Assembly: GCF_019100495.1 (NCBI RefSeq)
Contig: NZ_JAHRVA010000001.1
Location: forward strand, 656,597-688,596
Length of the DNA: 32,000 nucleotides
Direction of reading: 5' to 3'
Source of the DNA: Falsochrobactrum tianjinense
GTDB lineage: Bacteria; Pseudomonadota; Alphaproteobacteria; Rhizobiales; Rhizobiaceae
Shown piece by piece: positions 1-8,989 of the stretch. Numbering within the stretch: the first letter of the stretch is position 1; each line of letters begins with the position of its first letter. The position numbers and the translations under genes are program-made. The notes beneath the pieces are model-generated. The model was not told the DNA's origin and did no database searches. It worked only from the letters and a program-made list of their open reading frames with translations.

Positions 1-15
1 GCGGGCCGGAATTTG

Positions 16-879
16 TTATTCGCCGCCGCCCAGCGAGTGAACGAAAATGGCGAGCTGCTTGACGGTCGCATCTCCCAGACGGGCTTCCCATGCAGGCATC
101 ACGCCGTGCTTGGGGCGCGCGACCTGACGCACGATTGCATCTTCGCCCGAACCGTAGAACCAGATGGCGTCGGTGAGGTCCGGCGCGCCGAATTCGCGCA
201 TGCCCTTGGCATCGTCGCCGTGGCAGACCGCGCAATTTTCGGCATAGACCTGCTTGCCGTCCGGGATCATCGCCGGATCGTGCGGCGTGCCCGAAAGGCT
301 GACCACATAGGCTGCGACATCGCGAATCTGCTGCGGTTCGAGAATGTCGGCGAAGGCCGGCATTTCCGAGATGCGGGTTTGCTCATCATCGGTCGAGCGC
401 ACGCCATGACGGATGGTCGTCAGGATGTCGTCGACGCTGCCGCCCCACAGCCAGTCATCGTCATTGAGGTTCGGATAGCCCGGCGCTCCTTGCGCACCGG
501 AGCCGTGGCACTGTACGCAATTGACGCGGAACGCCGCAGCACCGCCTGCAATGGCATATTGGCGCAGATTTTCATCGGCCAGAATCTCATGCACATCCTT
601 GGCCTTGATCTGATCGATAATGCCCTGGCGATCAGTAGCAATCCTGGCGTTTTCTTCCCAGAAAGTCCCGCGGCTGGACCAGCCGAGCACCCCTTCGGTG
701 GAACTGGTAATCAGCGGCCATGCCGGATAGGCGATCACATAGAGAAGTGACCAGAAGATGGTCGCGTACCATGTCCACAGCCACCAGCGCGGCATGGGAT
801 TGTCGAGTTCGCGAATCCCATCCCATTCATGTCCCGTGGTCGAGACGCCGGTGACTTCATCAATTTGTTTTTCACTCAT
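16..879 (-). CDS. ccoP: cbb3-type cytochrome c oxidase subunit III (dihaem cytochrome c, CcoP/FixP)
   Basis: The ORF 16..912 carries two CxxCH haem-binding motifs (CVQCH, CAVCH) and an N-terminal TM segment. I chose the start at ATG 879 (MSEKQIDE...), which overlaps the ccoQ stop. It is the last gene of the ccoNOQP order. Confidence 0.93.
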   Translation of the reverse strand: MSEKQIDEVTGVSTTGHEWDGIRELDNPMPRWWLWTWYATIFWSLLYVIAYPAWPLITSSTEGVLGWSSRGTFWEENARIATDRQGIIDQIKAKDVHEILADENLRQYAIAGGAAAFRVNCVQCHGSGAQGAPGYPNLNDDDWLWGGSVDDILTTIRHGVRSTDDEQTRISEMPAFADILEPQQIRDVAAYVVSLSGTPHDPAMIPDGKQVYAENCAVCHGDDAKGMREFGAPDLTDAIWFYGSGEDAIVRQVARPKHGVMPAWEARLGDATVKQLAIFVHSLGGGE

Positions 880-1030
880 CTTTATCGTCCTTGAACGGGA
901 TATTCTTCGCATCGTCCGCCTTTTTCTTGCTTCCGGGCCGGAAGGCGAAAAGGATGACGAAGATAAAGAAGATCACCATGCCGAGGAGGCCCCAGCTATC
1001 GGCGAAAGTACGCATGGTGTTGTAATCCAT
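872..1030 (-). CDS. ccoQ: cbb3-type cytochrome c oxidase subunit IV (CcoQ/FixQ), 52 aa
   Basis: This ORF is not in the supplied track because it is under 60 aa. Hand translation gives MDYNTMRTFADSWGLLGMVIFFIFVILFAFRPGSKKKADDAKNIPFKDDKDE: one TM helix followed by the RPGSK motif typical of FixQ. It sits between ccoO and ccoP, and its stop TGA (874..872) lies inside ATGAGTGA, shared with the ccoP start. Confidence 0.8.
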   Translation of the reverse strand: MDYNTMRTFADSWGLLGMVIFFIFVILFAFRPGSKKKADDAKNIPFKDDKDE

Positions 1031-1044
1031 TGCCTTGTTCCGCT

Positions 1045-1776
1045 TTATCTTGCCTGGGGCGATTGATCATAGGTCGAGAAATCAACCAGTGTGCCGAGCA
1101 TCTGCAAATAGGCGACCAGCGCGTCCATTTCGGAGATCACCTGCGGATTGCCGTCGAAATCGCCGATCTTCGCCTTGGGGTAGCGCTCCTCTATGCCGGA
1201 CGTATCGGCATCGGGATCGGCCTGCGCCTTCAGATCGTCGAGCGCATTGTCGAGCATCTCCTGCGTATAGGGAACGCCGACGCTCACATTGGCCTTGAGA
1301 TTGGCTGTAATATTGGACGCATCGAGCGGCTTGTTCATCAGGAACGCATAGCTTGGCATCACCGATTCGGGCACCACATCGCGCGGGCGGATGAGATGCT
1401 GTACGTGCCATTCGTTGGAATAGCGGCCGCCGACGCGCGCAAGGTCCGGCCCCGTGCGCTTCGAGCCCCACTGGAACGAATGATCATACATGGATTCGGC
1501 AGCCAGGCTGTAATGGCCGTAGCGCTCCACCTCGTCGCGGAAAGGCCGGATCATCTGGCTGTGACACAGATAGCAGCCTTCACGCACATAGATGTCGCGC
1601 CCCGCCAGCTCCAGCGGCGAATAGGGGCGCATTCCTTCCACCTTCTCGATGGTGTTTTCGAGATAGAAGAGCGGTGCGATTTCAATAATGCCGCCGATCG
1701 TGACCACTGCCAGCGAAGCGACCAGCAGCAAGGTGGCGTTTTTCTCCAGTTTGGAGTGTTTATCCAGTACAGACAT
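1045..1776 (-). CDS. ccoO: cbb3-type cytochrome c oxidase subunit II (monohaem, CcoO/FixO)
   Basis: 243 aa with an N-terminal TM helix and a single CYLCHS haem c motif. A GGAG SD lies upstream of ATG 1776. It follows ccoN after a 14-nt gap. Confidence 0.95.
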   Translation of the reverse strand: MSVLDKHSKLEKNATLLLVASLAVVTIGGIIEIAPLFYLENTIEKVEGMRPYSPLELAGRDIYVREGCYLCHSQMIRPFRDEVERYGHYSLAAESMYDHSFQWGSKRTGPDLARVGGRYSNEWHVQHLIRPRDVVPESVMPSYAFLMNKPLDASNITANLKANVSVGVPYTQEMLDNALDDLKAQADPDADTSGIEERYPKAKIGDFDGNPQVISEMDALVAYLQMLGTLVDFSTYDQSPQAR

Positions 1777-1790
1777 AAATCATACGCTCC

Positions 1791-3422
1791 TTATTCGGCA
1801 GGCTGCACGACGGTTGCACCGATAGCCGCTCTGGTGCCCCCCATGGGAGCCTCGCTGCGCAACTGGCCACGGATGGTCTGATAGACGTTCCACGCCATCA
1901 CGAGTCCGCCAGCGAGATAGAACACGCCGCCAAGCGTACGGATGACATAGTAGGGGAACATTGCGAGCACGGTCTCCGCGAAGGAATAGACGAGGAAGCC
2001 CTGATCGTCATATTCGCGCCACATCAGGCCCTGCTGGATGCCGGCAACCCACATGGCAGAGGCGTAAAGCACGATGCCAAGCGTTGCGAGCCAGAAGTGC
2101 CAGTTGACCATGCGGATCGAATAGAGGCGCTCGCGGTTCCACAGCTTCGGCGCGAGATAATAGACGGCGGCAAAGGTGATCATGCCGTTCCAGCCCAGTG
2201 CGCCCGCGTGAACGTGGCCGATGGTCCAGTCGGTATAGTGCGAGAGCGAATTGACCGCCTTGATCGACATCAGCGGACCCTCGAAGGTCGCCATGCCGTA
2301 AAAAGCGATAGCCGCGACCATCAGGCGGATGATTGGATCGGTGCGTACCTTGTCCCATGCGCCGGAAAGGGTCATCAGACCATTGATCATGCCGCCCCAG
2401 GAGGGCATCCACAGCATGATGGAGAACACCATGCCCAGCGTCTGCGCCCAGTCGGGCACAGCGGTATAGTGCAGATGGTGCGGACCCGCCCAGATATAGA
2501 GAAAGATGATCGACCAGAAATGCACGATGGACAGACGGTACGAATAGACCGGACGTTCCGCCTGCTTGGGTACGAAATAATACATCATCGCGAGGAAGGG
2601 GACGGTGAGGAAGAATGCCACCGCATTATGCCCATACCACCATTGCGTCACCGCATCCTGTACGCCTGCGAAGGCAGAATAGCTCTTCACGCCAAGGAAG
2701 GATACCGGCACCGCCAGATTGTTGACGATATGCAGCATGGCAATGGTGATGATGAAGGAGAGGTAGAACCAGTTCGCCACATAGATATGCGGCTCCTTGC
2801 GCCGGAAAAGCGTTCCCATGAACACGATGAGATAGGCGACCCAGACGATGGTCAGCCATATATCGACATACCATTCCGGTTCGGCATATTCGCGCGACTG
2901 CGTGATGCCGAGCAGATAGCCGGTCGCCGCCATGATGATGAAAAGCTGGTAGCCCCAGAACACAAACCAGGCCAGATCGCCGCCGAACAGGCGCGCGCGG
3001 CAGGTGCGCTGCACCACATAGAACGACGATGCGATCAGTATATTGCCGCCAAAAGCGAAGACTACGCCGGATGTATGCAGCGGGCGCAGGCGACCGAAAT
3101 TGAACCACGGTTCAAGATTGAGATCGGGGAACGCAAGCTGCGCTGCAATAAGAACCCCCGCCAGAAAACCGACCACGCCCCAGAATACCGTCGCAATCAC
3201 GCCATAGCGGATCGGCCCGTCCATATAGGTGGACTGGTCGACGGCCTTTTTGGGCGCCAGGCCGTAATCGGCGTTGCGCATCAGCAAAATGGTGAAGATG
3301 GCAAGTGTTGCGAACAGAATCCACATATGGGTTCTGAACAGTTCATCATGAGAAAAGCCGGCCAGAAGCACAGCGAACAGTGCTCCAAGACCGGAAATGA
3401 CGGTTCCAGCGGCGTAGTTCAT
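1791..3422 (-). CDS. ccoN: cbb3-type cytochrome c oxidase subunit I (CcoN/FixN)
   Basis: A polytopic haem-copper oxidase subunit I sequence ([23 protein letters not shown] motifs). I chose the start at ATG 3422 (MNYAAGTV...), preceded by GAGGGGA, rather than the track start at 3470. Confidence 0.95.
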   Translation of the reverse strand: MNYAAGTVISGLGALFAVLLAGFSHDELFRTHMWILFATLAIFTILLMRNADYGLAPKKAVDQSTYMDGPIRYGVIATVFWGVVGFLAGVLIAAQLAFPDLNLEPWFNFGRLRPLHTSGVVFAFGGNILIASSFYVVQRTCRARLFGGDLAWFVFWGYQLFIIMAATGYLLGITQSREYAEPEWYVDIWLTIVWVAYLIVFMGTLFRRKEPHIYVANWFYLSFIITIAMLHIVNNLAVPVSFLGVKSYSAFAGVQDAVTQWWYGHNAVAFFLTVPFLAMMYYFVPKQAERPVYSYRLSIVHFWSIIFLYIWAGPHHLHYTAVPDWAQTLGMVFSIMLWMPSWGGMINGLMTLSGAWDKVRTDPIIRLMVAAIAFYGMATFEGPLMSIKAVNSLSHYTDWTIGHVHAGALGWNGMITFAAVYYLAPKLWNRERLYSIRMVNWHFWLATLGIVLYASAMWVAGIQQGLMWREYDDQGFLVYSFAETVLAMFPYYVIRTLGGVFYLAGGLVMAWNVYQTIRGQLRSEAPMGGTRAAIGATVVQPAE

Positions 3423-3510
3423 GAAATCCCCTCGCAGCGCATGACAAAAACTGCCCGCAAAGGACAGCAATAACGATATTTCTGTATCCGCATTGAGCGG
3501 ATCACTGTCA

Positions 3511-3524
3511 TTGATCTAAATCAA
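3511..3524. promoter_or_regulatory. FixK/FNR-type anaerobox TTGATCTAAATCAA
   Basis: Perfect match to TTGAT-N4-ATCAA, 89 nt upstream of the ccoN ATG. This is the classical position for FixK/FnrN control of fixNOQP in rhizobia. Confidence 0.75.
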
Positions 3525-3567
3525 ATAGAACTAAAACGGGATGCGACCAAATGGATGGTTGGGAAAA

Positions 3568-4044
3568 TCAGCGCGAACCCGTGTCGCAAACGAGGTGAAC
3601 GAGAATGTCCACCTTGCTGATCCTGTAACCTGGCGGCGGAGGGGGAAGAGGGCCTACGCTGATGGCTTCGGTGGGAATATCGATGATCCTGTCGTCGGCC
3701 TCAATATAGAAATGCGTGTGATCGCCGGTATCCGTATCGAAATAGGTGCGTCCGCCATGAAGGCTGATCTTGCGCACAAGTCCGGCTTCCTCAAACTGCC
3801 TGAGCGTATTGTAGACGGTAGCGACGGAAAGCTTTTCGCCGTGCAGCAGAGCTTCCGCATTCAGCATATCCGGAGTGACATGCCGGTGCTCGCCCGTAAA
3901 CAGCAGCCTTCCGAGCGTGAGACGCTGGCGGGTCGGGCGCAGCCCGGCCCGCCTTAAAATCGCCTTGACCGATGCCACCGTCTGCTTGCCCGGCCTCGAT
4001 AGGATGGCGGACAAGGCCTGGGAGGTTTTGGTGTCGAGCAGCAT
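3568..4044 (-). CDS. irr: Fur-family transcriptional regulator, Irr-like (iron response regulator)
   Basis: Shows LRPTRQR...LLF, SVATVYNTLRQFEEAGLV, TYFDTDTGDHTHFY (the H-x-H position of rhizobial Irr DHHHF) and a C-terminal PPPPPGY...VD tail. All resemble rhizobial Irr as I remember it. Start chosen at ATG 4044 (MLLDTK...). Confidence 0.7.
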   Translation of the reverse strand: MLLDTKTSQALSAILSRPGKQTVASVKAILRRAGLRPTRQRLTLGRLLFTGEHRHVTPDMLNAEALLHGEKLSVATVYNTLRQFEEAGLVRKISLHGGRTYFDTDTGDHTHFYIEADDRIIDIPTEAISVGPLPPPPPGYRISKVDILVHLVCDTGSR

Positions 4045-4109
4045 GAACGGTCCCGGCTTCTTGGTTGAAAATGAGTATCTGAAACTTGAACTGTAATATA
4101 TTGACCTTA

Positions 4110-4126
4110 ATGCAAATAGTTTGCAT
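4110..4126. promoter_or_regulatory. Perfect inverted repeat ATGCAAA-TAG-TTTGCAT (Fur/Mur-type operator candidate)
   Basis: The 7-bp arms are exact reverse complements. It lies 66 nt upstream of the irr ATG. The extended string TGCAAAtagttTGCATTTGCAGA also reads as three TGCAnn hexamers. Confidence 0.5.
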
Positions 4127-4175
4127 TTGCAGAATATACGGAATCCTCTGGTGGTCAACGAAAATATGCGGGTGC

Positions 4176-5546
4176 TTATGTCGCAGCCGTACCCGGAATA
4201 ATCAGTACTGCCCGCAGACCGCCCTCGGGACGATTGTGCAATTGTACGTCACCGCCCATGCGCCTTGCCGCCATCGCAACGATGGCAAGGCCAAGCCCGC
4301 TGCCCCCGCTATCGTTGTCGTTTCTGTTTGCCCCCCGGAAGAAGCGTTCGGTGACATGCGGCATTTCCTCTGGCGGAATGCCGGGGCCGTCGTCTTCGGC
4401 GCTAAAGATCAGTCCCTCGGCGCTGGAATCGAAGCTGCACCGCACGCAGCCCTCCTGCGGTGAATGATTGACCGCATTTTCGATCAGGTTGCGAGCCGCG
4501 ATCATGAAGAGATGCGGAAATGGCATGGAAAGCGGTAGCGGATTGCGTGGCAATTCGATGGAAACGCCGCGTGGTGCAGCCAGCATGCGCATATCGGTCG
4601 AGATGGCTGCGAGCAGCGGGCCCGCCGGCTCAGGCGCTGCCGCTTCCATTTCGTCGCCCGCTTCAAGCGCTGCGAGATCGAGCAACTGGTTGACGAGACG
4701 GCTGGTACGATCGACGCCTGCGGCGATCTGCCGGACAGCGTTTTCGCGCACGGCCTCGTCTTTCGCGCCTGCGGCGATCTGCGCCTGCGTCTTGAGCCCC
4801 GCAAGCGGTGTTTTCAGTTCATGCGCGGCAAAAATCGCAAAATGGCGTTCACGCTCGCGTGCCTCTTCCACGCGATGAAACAGCCCGTTGAGGGCTGTTA
4901 CTGCCGGGGCGATTTCGGGCGGCAGCTTGTGCTCGGACAGAGGGCTTAGATCTTTCGCCTCGCGCCGGGAAAGCGCAGCGGCAAGATGGCTGAGCGGTTG
5001 TAGGCCGCGCCGCACGCACAGCCAGATCATGACTGCCAGCAGCGGGAGTATCAAAAGCGCGGGCAGCGCCACGCCTGCCACCACATTCTGGACCAGCTTG
5101 TCGCGCACGGAGAGACTGTCGCCCACCATGACCCGCAGGCCAAGCTGCGTATTCTCGACGGCGAAAACCCGCCATCGCTGCCCCGCGACAACGGTTGTTG
5201 AGAAGCCGTTCGCCATCTGCGTGAGCTGGTCGCCGGGCGCGTGTTCGGAACGTCCCACCAGCTTGCCGTCCAGCGACCATATCTGGCAGAAAAGCTGCCG
5301 GTCATAGAGCGGGAAATCTGGCAACGGCTTGAATGAAAGCCGCCCGCCATCGCCTTCCGGTCCGACTTCCACACGCCGTTCGGTGAGCAGCGAATTGACC
5401 ATGCGCGCGGCTTCCATCAGCCGCGCATCCAGCACTTTTTCAAGCTGCGATTGCGTGCTGGCATGAATCCAGATCACGGCAAAGAACCAGACCAGACAGG
5501 TGATGCCGATCAATATGCCCGTCAGACGACTGCGGATCGAACTCAT
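4176..5546 (-). CDS. Two-component sensor histidine kinase (two TM segments, periplasmic loop, HAMP, HisKA, HATPase_c)
   Basis: H-box FAAHELKTPLAGL, N box IENAVNHS, G boxes DDGPGI and GGSGLGLAIV. The start ATG overlaps the response-regulator stop (ATGA). Confidence 0.9.
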   Translation of the reverse strand: MSSIRSRLTGILIGITCLVWFFAVIWIHASTQSQLEKVLDARLMEAARMVNSLLTERRVEVGPEGDGGRLSFKPLPDFPLYDRQLFCQIWSLDGKLVGRSEHAPGDQLTQMANGFSTTVVAGQRWRVFAVENTQLGLRVMVGDSLSVRDKLVQNVVAGVALPALLILPLLAVMIWLCVRRGLQPLSHLAAALSRREAKDLSPLSEHKLPPEIAPAVTALNGLFHRVEEARERERHFAIFAAHELKTPLAGLKTQAQIAAGAKDEAVRENAVRQIAAGVDRTSRLVNQLLDLAALEAGDEMEAAAPEPAGPLLAAISTDMRMLAAPRGVSIELPRNPLPLSMPFPHLFMIAARNLIENAVNHSPQEGCVRCSFDSSAEGLIFSAEDDGPGIPPEEMPHVTERFFRGANRNDNDSGGSGLGLAIVAMAARRMGGDVQLHNRPEGGLRAVLIIPGTAAT

Positions 5547-6208
5547 GCCTGCGCCCTCGCAAGCCGGTAGCCAACGCCGCGCACGGTTTCGATGAAAGTG
5601 GAGCCGAGCTTGGAGCGCAAATGATGGATGTGAACTTCCACTGCATTGCTTTCCACTTCTTCCTGCCAGCCATAAAGGGCCTCTTCCAGCGCGGATTTGG
5701 AAATCGTCGCCGTGGGCCGCTCCATCAGGGCGCGCAATATGGAAAATTCACGCCGTGTCAGCCGCAGCGGCTCGCCATCGAATCGCGCCGACATTTCGGC
5801 AGGGTCGAGCTCGACGCCTTTCCAGGTCAGCGTGGCGTGGGCGCGGCCCGTGCCGCGCCGGGCTATGGCGCGCACCCTTGCGGCCAGTTCGTGCAGATCA
5901 AAGGGCTTGCCGACATAGTCGTCGGCGCCCGCATCGAGCCCCGCAATGCGCTCGGGCACCTGATCGCGCGCGGTGAGCAGCAGGACCGGCGTTTCATTTC
6001 GCGCCTGCCGCATGGATTTGAGAATATCGAGGCCGGAGCCGTCCGGCAGCATCAGATCAAGAACGATGGCATTATAATTCTGCGCGGCAATCGCGGCCTC
6101 GGCATCGCCGCAGCTCGACACCGCATCCACGGTGAACCCGGCAAGCCCCAACCCCACGGACAGGCCGTCGAGCAGGATTGCATCGTCTTCAATCACCAGA
6201 ATGCGCAT
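5543..6208 (-). CDS. OmpR/PhoB-family response regulator (receiver plus winged-helix)
   Basis: MRILVIEDD..., DLMLPDGSG (phospho-acceptor Asp region), and a C-terminal ...EVHIHHLRSKLG...IETVRGVGYRL winged helix. Confidence 0.93.
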   Translation of the reverse strand: MRILVIEDDAILLDGLSVGLGLAGFTVDAVSSCGDAEAAIAAQNYNAIVLDLMLPDGSGLDILKSMRQARNETPVLLLTARDQVPERIAGLDAGADDYVGKPFDLHELAARVRAIARRGTGRAHATLTWKGVELDPAEMSARFDGEPLRLTRREFSILRALMERPTATISKSALEEALYGWQEEVESNAVEVHIHHLRSKLGSTFIETVRGVGYRLARAQA

Positions 6209-6283
6209 GTTGATTCCGCTTTTCGCCCTATTTGAACTTGAATTGTTTGAAACTTAAACCTTGCGAGCTTTTCTGCATCCCAG

Positions 6284-6301
6284 CTTAAGGCTGCCTTAAG
6301 G
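6284..6301. promoter_or_regulatory. Direct repeat CTTAAGG-N4-CTTAAGG containing TTAA-N7-TTAA (CtrA-type box candidate)
   Basis: CTTAAGG occurs at 6284..6290 and 6295..6301, 11 bp apart. TTAA(6285-88)-GGCTGCC-TTAA(6296-99) lies in the divergent region between the response regulator and dsbD. Confidence 0.35.
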
Positions 6302-6367
6302 TGGCGGCGTCATCCGCTTTTTACAACCAGTCTATTTTACGCGAATCATATTCTTTGGAAGCACAGA

Positions 6368-8173
6368 ATGCGTTTTTTAAAGACCTTAGCCTTTTCGTTG
6401 CTGGCTGCTTTAATACTGTCCGGCCCCGTCATTTCGCCCGGCTCTGCGCTGGCGGCCAATCCCCTGCCTGTCGATGAGGCGTTTCATCTTGAAGTGACGA
6501 AAGACGGCACCGACCGGCTGGTGTTCAACTGGCAGATCGCGAAAGGCTATTATCTTTATCGCGATCATATTGAGGCCCGCGACGGCAATGGCAAGGCGCT
6601 TTTAGTCGACACCCAGCCCGGCATTGCCAAGGACGATCCGAATTTCGGCAGGCTGGAAGTCTTTTATACCCATGCCAGCGCTGGCATGAAGGCAGGCAAT
6701 TCCCCCATTGAACTGACCTATCAGGGCTGTCAGGAAGACGGTATTTGCTATCGTCCGGAAACCCGCACTATCGATCCGGTGACGCTTGCCATCAGCAGCC
6801 AGATGGGCAATCGCTTCACGCAGCAGCAGGCTTCGGATTTCACGCCCGCATCGCAGAGCGCTGCCTTTGCCCTGGCTCCCGAAAAAGGTCTGGTCGAAAG
6901 TCTTCTCGACCGGGGCGGCTCGCTTCTGGTCATTGCTGCTTTTCTGGCTTTCGGCGTGCTTCTGGCTTTCACCCCTTGCGTCTTTCCGATTTATCCCATC
7001 GTGGCGGGAACATTGGCGCGGGAGGGCGAAAAGCTCAATGCACGGCGCGGTTTCATATTGTCCTCGGTCTATGTGGTCAGTCTTGCGGTCGGCTTTGCTC
7101 TCGTTGGCGCAATCGCCGGCTGGTCGGGCCAGAATCTGCAAATCGTGCTGCAATCGAAATGGACGGCGCTGGCGCTGGCGGGAGTTTTTGTCCTGCTCGC
7201 CTTGTCGATGTTCGGCCTGTTTCAAATCCAGTTGCCGACCTCTTGGGTCAGCGCGGTTTCGGCGCGTACGGGGCAAAGAACCGGCTCGAAACGCTCTGCT
7301 GCCATTCTGGGCTTTTCTTCGGTGCTGATTGTTGGTCCGTGCGTCACAGCACCCTTGGCGGGCGCACTGCTTTATATCGCGCAGACCGCCAATGTGGCTC
7401 TGGGGGCCGCAGCCCTGTTTGCGCTTGGCATCGGCAAGGGCCTGCCGCTGATCGCTTTCGCCACGCTGGGTGCAGGCACGCTGCCGCGCGCGGGCGCATG
7501 GATGGAAACCGCCAAGCAGATCTTCGGCTTCGGTTTTCTTGCGACCGCCATTTTCATGGCCGCGCCGCTTTTGCCATCGGGCGTCGATCTGGTGTTCTGG
7601 GCCCTGCTGCTGTTTGGCGTGGCAAGCTTTGCCTTTCTCAAAATTCCCGGACGCAATGTCGTTGCTCGCACCATCGGAACAGCCGCCTTCGTCTATGGGG
7701 TGATCTTGATGCTGGGCGTCGCTTCGGGCGGTCGCGATCCATTGCAACCGCTGGCGGCTTTGGCTAACCGTGGCGGCGAGCAGCATCTGGCCGCATTGCG
7801 ATTCGCTCCGGTCGATTCGGTTTCAGCCCTTGAGAAGAAACTGGATGCGGTGCGCGGCGAAAGGCCGACACTGGTCTATTTCACCGCAGACTGGTGTGTG
7901 AGCTGCGCAACGGTGGAGCGGCGTGTTCTGCCCGATGCTCAGGTGAAGAAAAATCTCGGTGCCTATCAGCTCATCAAGGTCGATGTGTCCGATCTGACGA
8001 AAAGCAAGGCCGAACTGATGGCGAAGCTCGGAGTTGCCGGGCCGCCGACGATGATTTTTTTCAATGAGGCGGGTAAGGAACCGCAAGGCACCCGCCTGGT
8101 GGGTGACGTGACATCGGTAACGATTACGCGCTCGACAGGCGTGGTCGCGGCTGACCCGAAACAGAAAGTCTAG
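6368..8173 (+). CDS. dsbD: Protein-disulfide reductase DsbD (thiol:disulfide interchange protein)
   Basis: Signal peptide, N-terminal DsbD-alpha-like domain, a multi-TM core with TPCVFPIYP and VGPCVTAPL cysteines, and a C-terminal thioredoxin domain with WCVSC. A GGAAG SD lies upstream. Confidence 0.93.
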   Translation: MRFLKTLAFSLLAALILSGPVISPGSALAANPLPVDEAFHLEVTKDGTDRLVFNWQIAKGYYLYRDHIEARDGNGKALLVDTQPGIAKDDPNFGRLEVFYTHASAGMKAGNSPIELTYQGCQEDGICYRPETRTIDPVTLAISSQMGNRFTQQQASDFTPASQSAAFALAPEKGLVESLLDRGGSLLVIAAFLAFGVLLAFTPCVFPIYPIVAGTLAREGEKLNARRGFILSSVYVVSLAVGFALVGAIAGWSGQNLQIVLQSKWTALALAGVFVLLALSMFGLFQIQLPTSWVSAVSARTGQRTGSKRSAAILGFSSVLIVGPCVTAPLAGALLYIAQTANVALGAAALFALGIGKGLPLIAFATLGAGTLPRAGAWMETAKQIFGFGFLATAIFMAAPLLPSGVDLVFWALLLFGVASFAFLKIPGRNVVARTIGTAAFVYGVILMLGVASGGRDPLQPLAALANRGGEQHLAALRFAPVDSVSALEKKLDAVRGERPTLVYFTADWCVSCATVERRVLPDAQVKKNLGAYQLIKVDVSDLTKSKAELMAKLGVAGPPTMIFFNEAGKEPQGTRLVGDVTSVTITRSTGVVAADPKQKV

Positions 8174-8182
8174 GATTTGAAC

Positions 8183-8989
8183 ATGCGTTGGGCGCATTCA
8201 TTGAACGCTGCAAGCAAGATGAAGACGAGTGGAGCAAGATTGGCGCGGATTGCCGTTCTGATCGGCCTGCCATGGACGGTTGCCGCCTGCACCACGGTTC
8301 CGGTGGTGGAAGGCCCGGTTGCGGTGATAATGCCCCAATCACAGCCACAGTCGCAGCCGCAGCCATTTACCGCCGCGCCCGAGCCGGAACAGGCGCCTGA
8401 AATCCAAACGGCAAAAAGCGAATATGAAGTCATGTATGGCGCCGTCAACGATGGCGGCAACCACATTGCGGCGCTCGATCTCGACAAGATCGGCGAACGC
8501 AATCTGCGCAGGCAGGTCGATTACCAGACCGATCATCCGGTTGGCACCATCATCGTCGATCCCTATGCGCGCTATCTCTATCTGGTGCAGCCCGGCGGCA
8601 AGGCCATGCGCTATTCCGTGGGCGTCGGGCGCGCGGGCATGGTGTTCAATGGCGAGGCGGAAGTCGCCTATAAGGCGCGCTGGCCCCGCTGGACGCCGAC
8701 ACAGAATATGATCAAGCGCAATCCCGAGCATTACGCAAAATATGCCAAGGGCCTTGAAGGCGGCATTCGTAATCCACTCGGCGCGCGGGCGCTCTATCTC
8801 CACCGCGACGGCAAGGATACGCTCTATCGCATCCACGGCACCAATGAGCCCTGGACGGTCGGTAAGGCCGCGTCTTCAGGCTGCATCCGCCTTTTCAATC
8901 AGGATATTCTCGATCTTCACAAGCGCGTTACCAATGGAAGCCGTGTGGTCGTTCTCAACAAATCCCAATCGGGACAAGGAGTAAGCTGA
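8183..8989 (+). CDS. L,D-transpeptidase (YkuD domain), probable lipoprotein
   Basis: Catalytic motif HGTNEPWTVGKAASSGCIRL. Lipobox-like LPWTVAAC. A PQSQPQSQPQP low-complexity linker. The start is ambiguous: ATG 8183 has AGGA 7 nt upstream, while ATG 8219 (MKTSGARL...) gives a more canonical lipoprotein signal. Confidence 0.88.
   Translation: MRWAHSLNAASKMKTSGARLARIAVLIGLPWTVAACTTVPVVEGPVAVIMPQSQPQSQPQPFTAAPEPEQAPEIQTAKSEYEVMYGAVNDGGNHIAALDLDKIGERNLRRQVDYQTDHPVGTIIVDPYARYLYLVQPGGKAMRYSVGVGRAGMVFNGEAEVAYKARWPRWTPTQNMIKRNPEHYAKYAKGLEGGIRNPLGARALYLHRDGKDTLYRIHGTNEPWTVGKAASSGCIRLFNQDILDLHKRVTNGSRVVVLNKSQSGQGVS

Noticed and set aside
2097-3473. A 458-aa ORF antisense to ccoN. Similar long antisense or out-of-frame ORFs elsewhere: 13..750, 1030..1881, 5621..6235, 6602..7786, 6745..7767, 10207..10917, 12548..13312, 16193..16999, 19512..20129, 20669..21376, 24835..25440, 26228..26953.
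   Set aside because: Each lies opposite, or out of frame with, a gene that has clear family motifs. Their translations are Arg/Ala/Gly/His-rich low-complexity sequence, typical of stop-poor frames in ~57% GC DNA. None has a recognisable domain or SD.
3493-3506. A possible second FixK/FNR half-site, TTGAGCGGATCACT, next to the perfect box.
   Set aside because: The spacing is wrong (TTGA-N5-TCAC) and the right arm is mismatched. It is not supportable as a site on sequence alone.
8335-8370. The CAG/CCA-rich tandem stretch encoding PQSQPQSQPQP, considered as a repeat array or phase-variation tract.
   Set aside because: It is short, imperfect and in frame inside the L,D-transpeptidase linker. 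It is a low-complexity spacer, not a CRISPR or contingency repeat.
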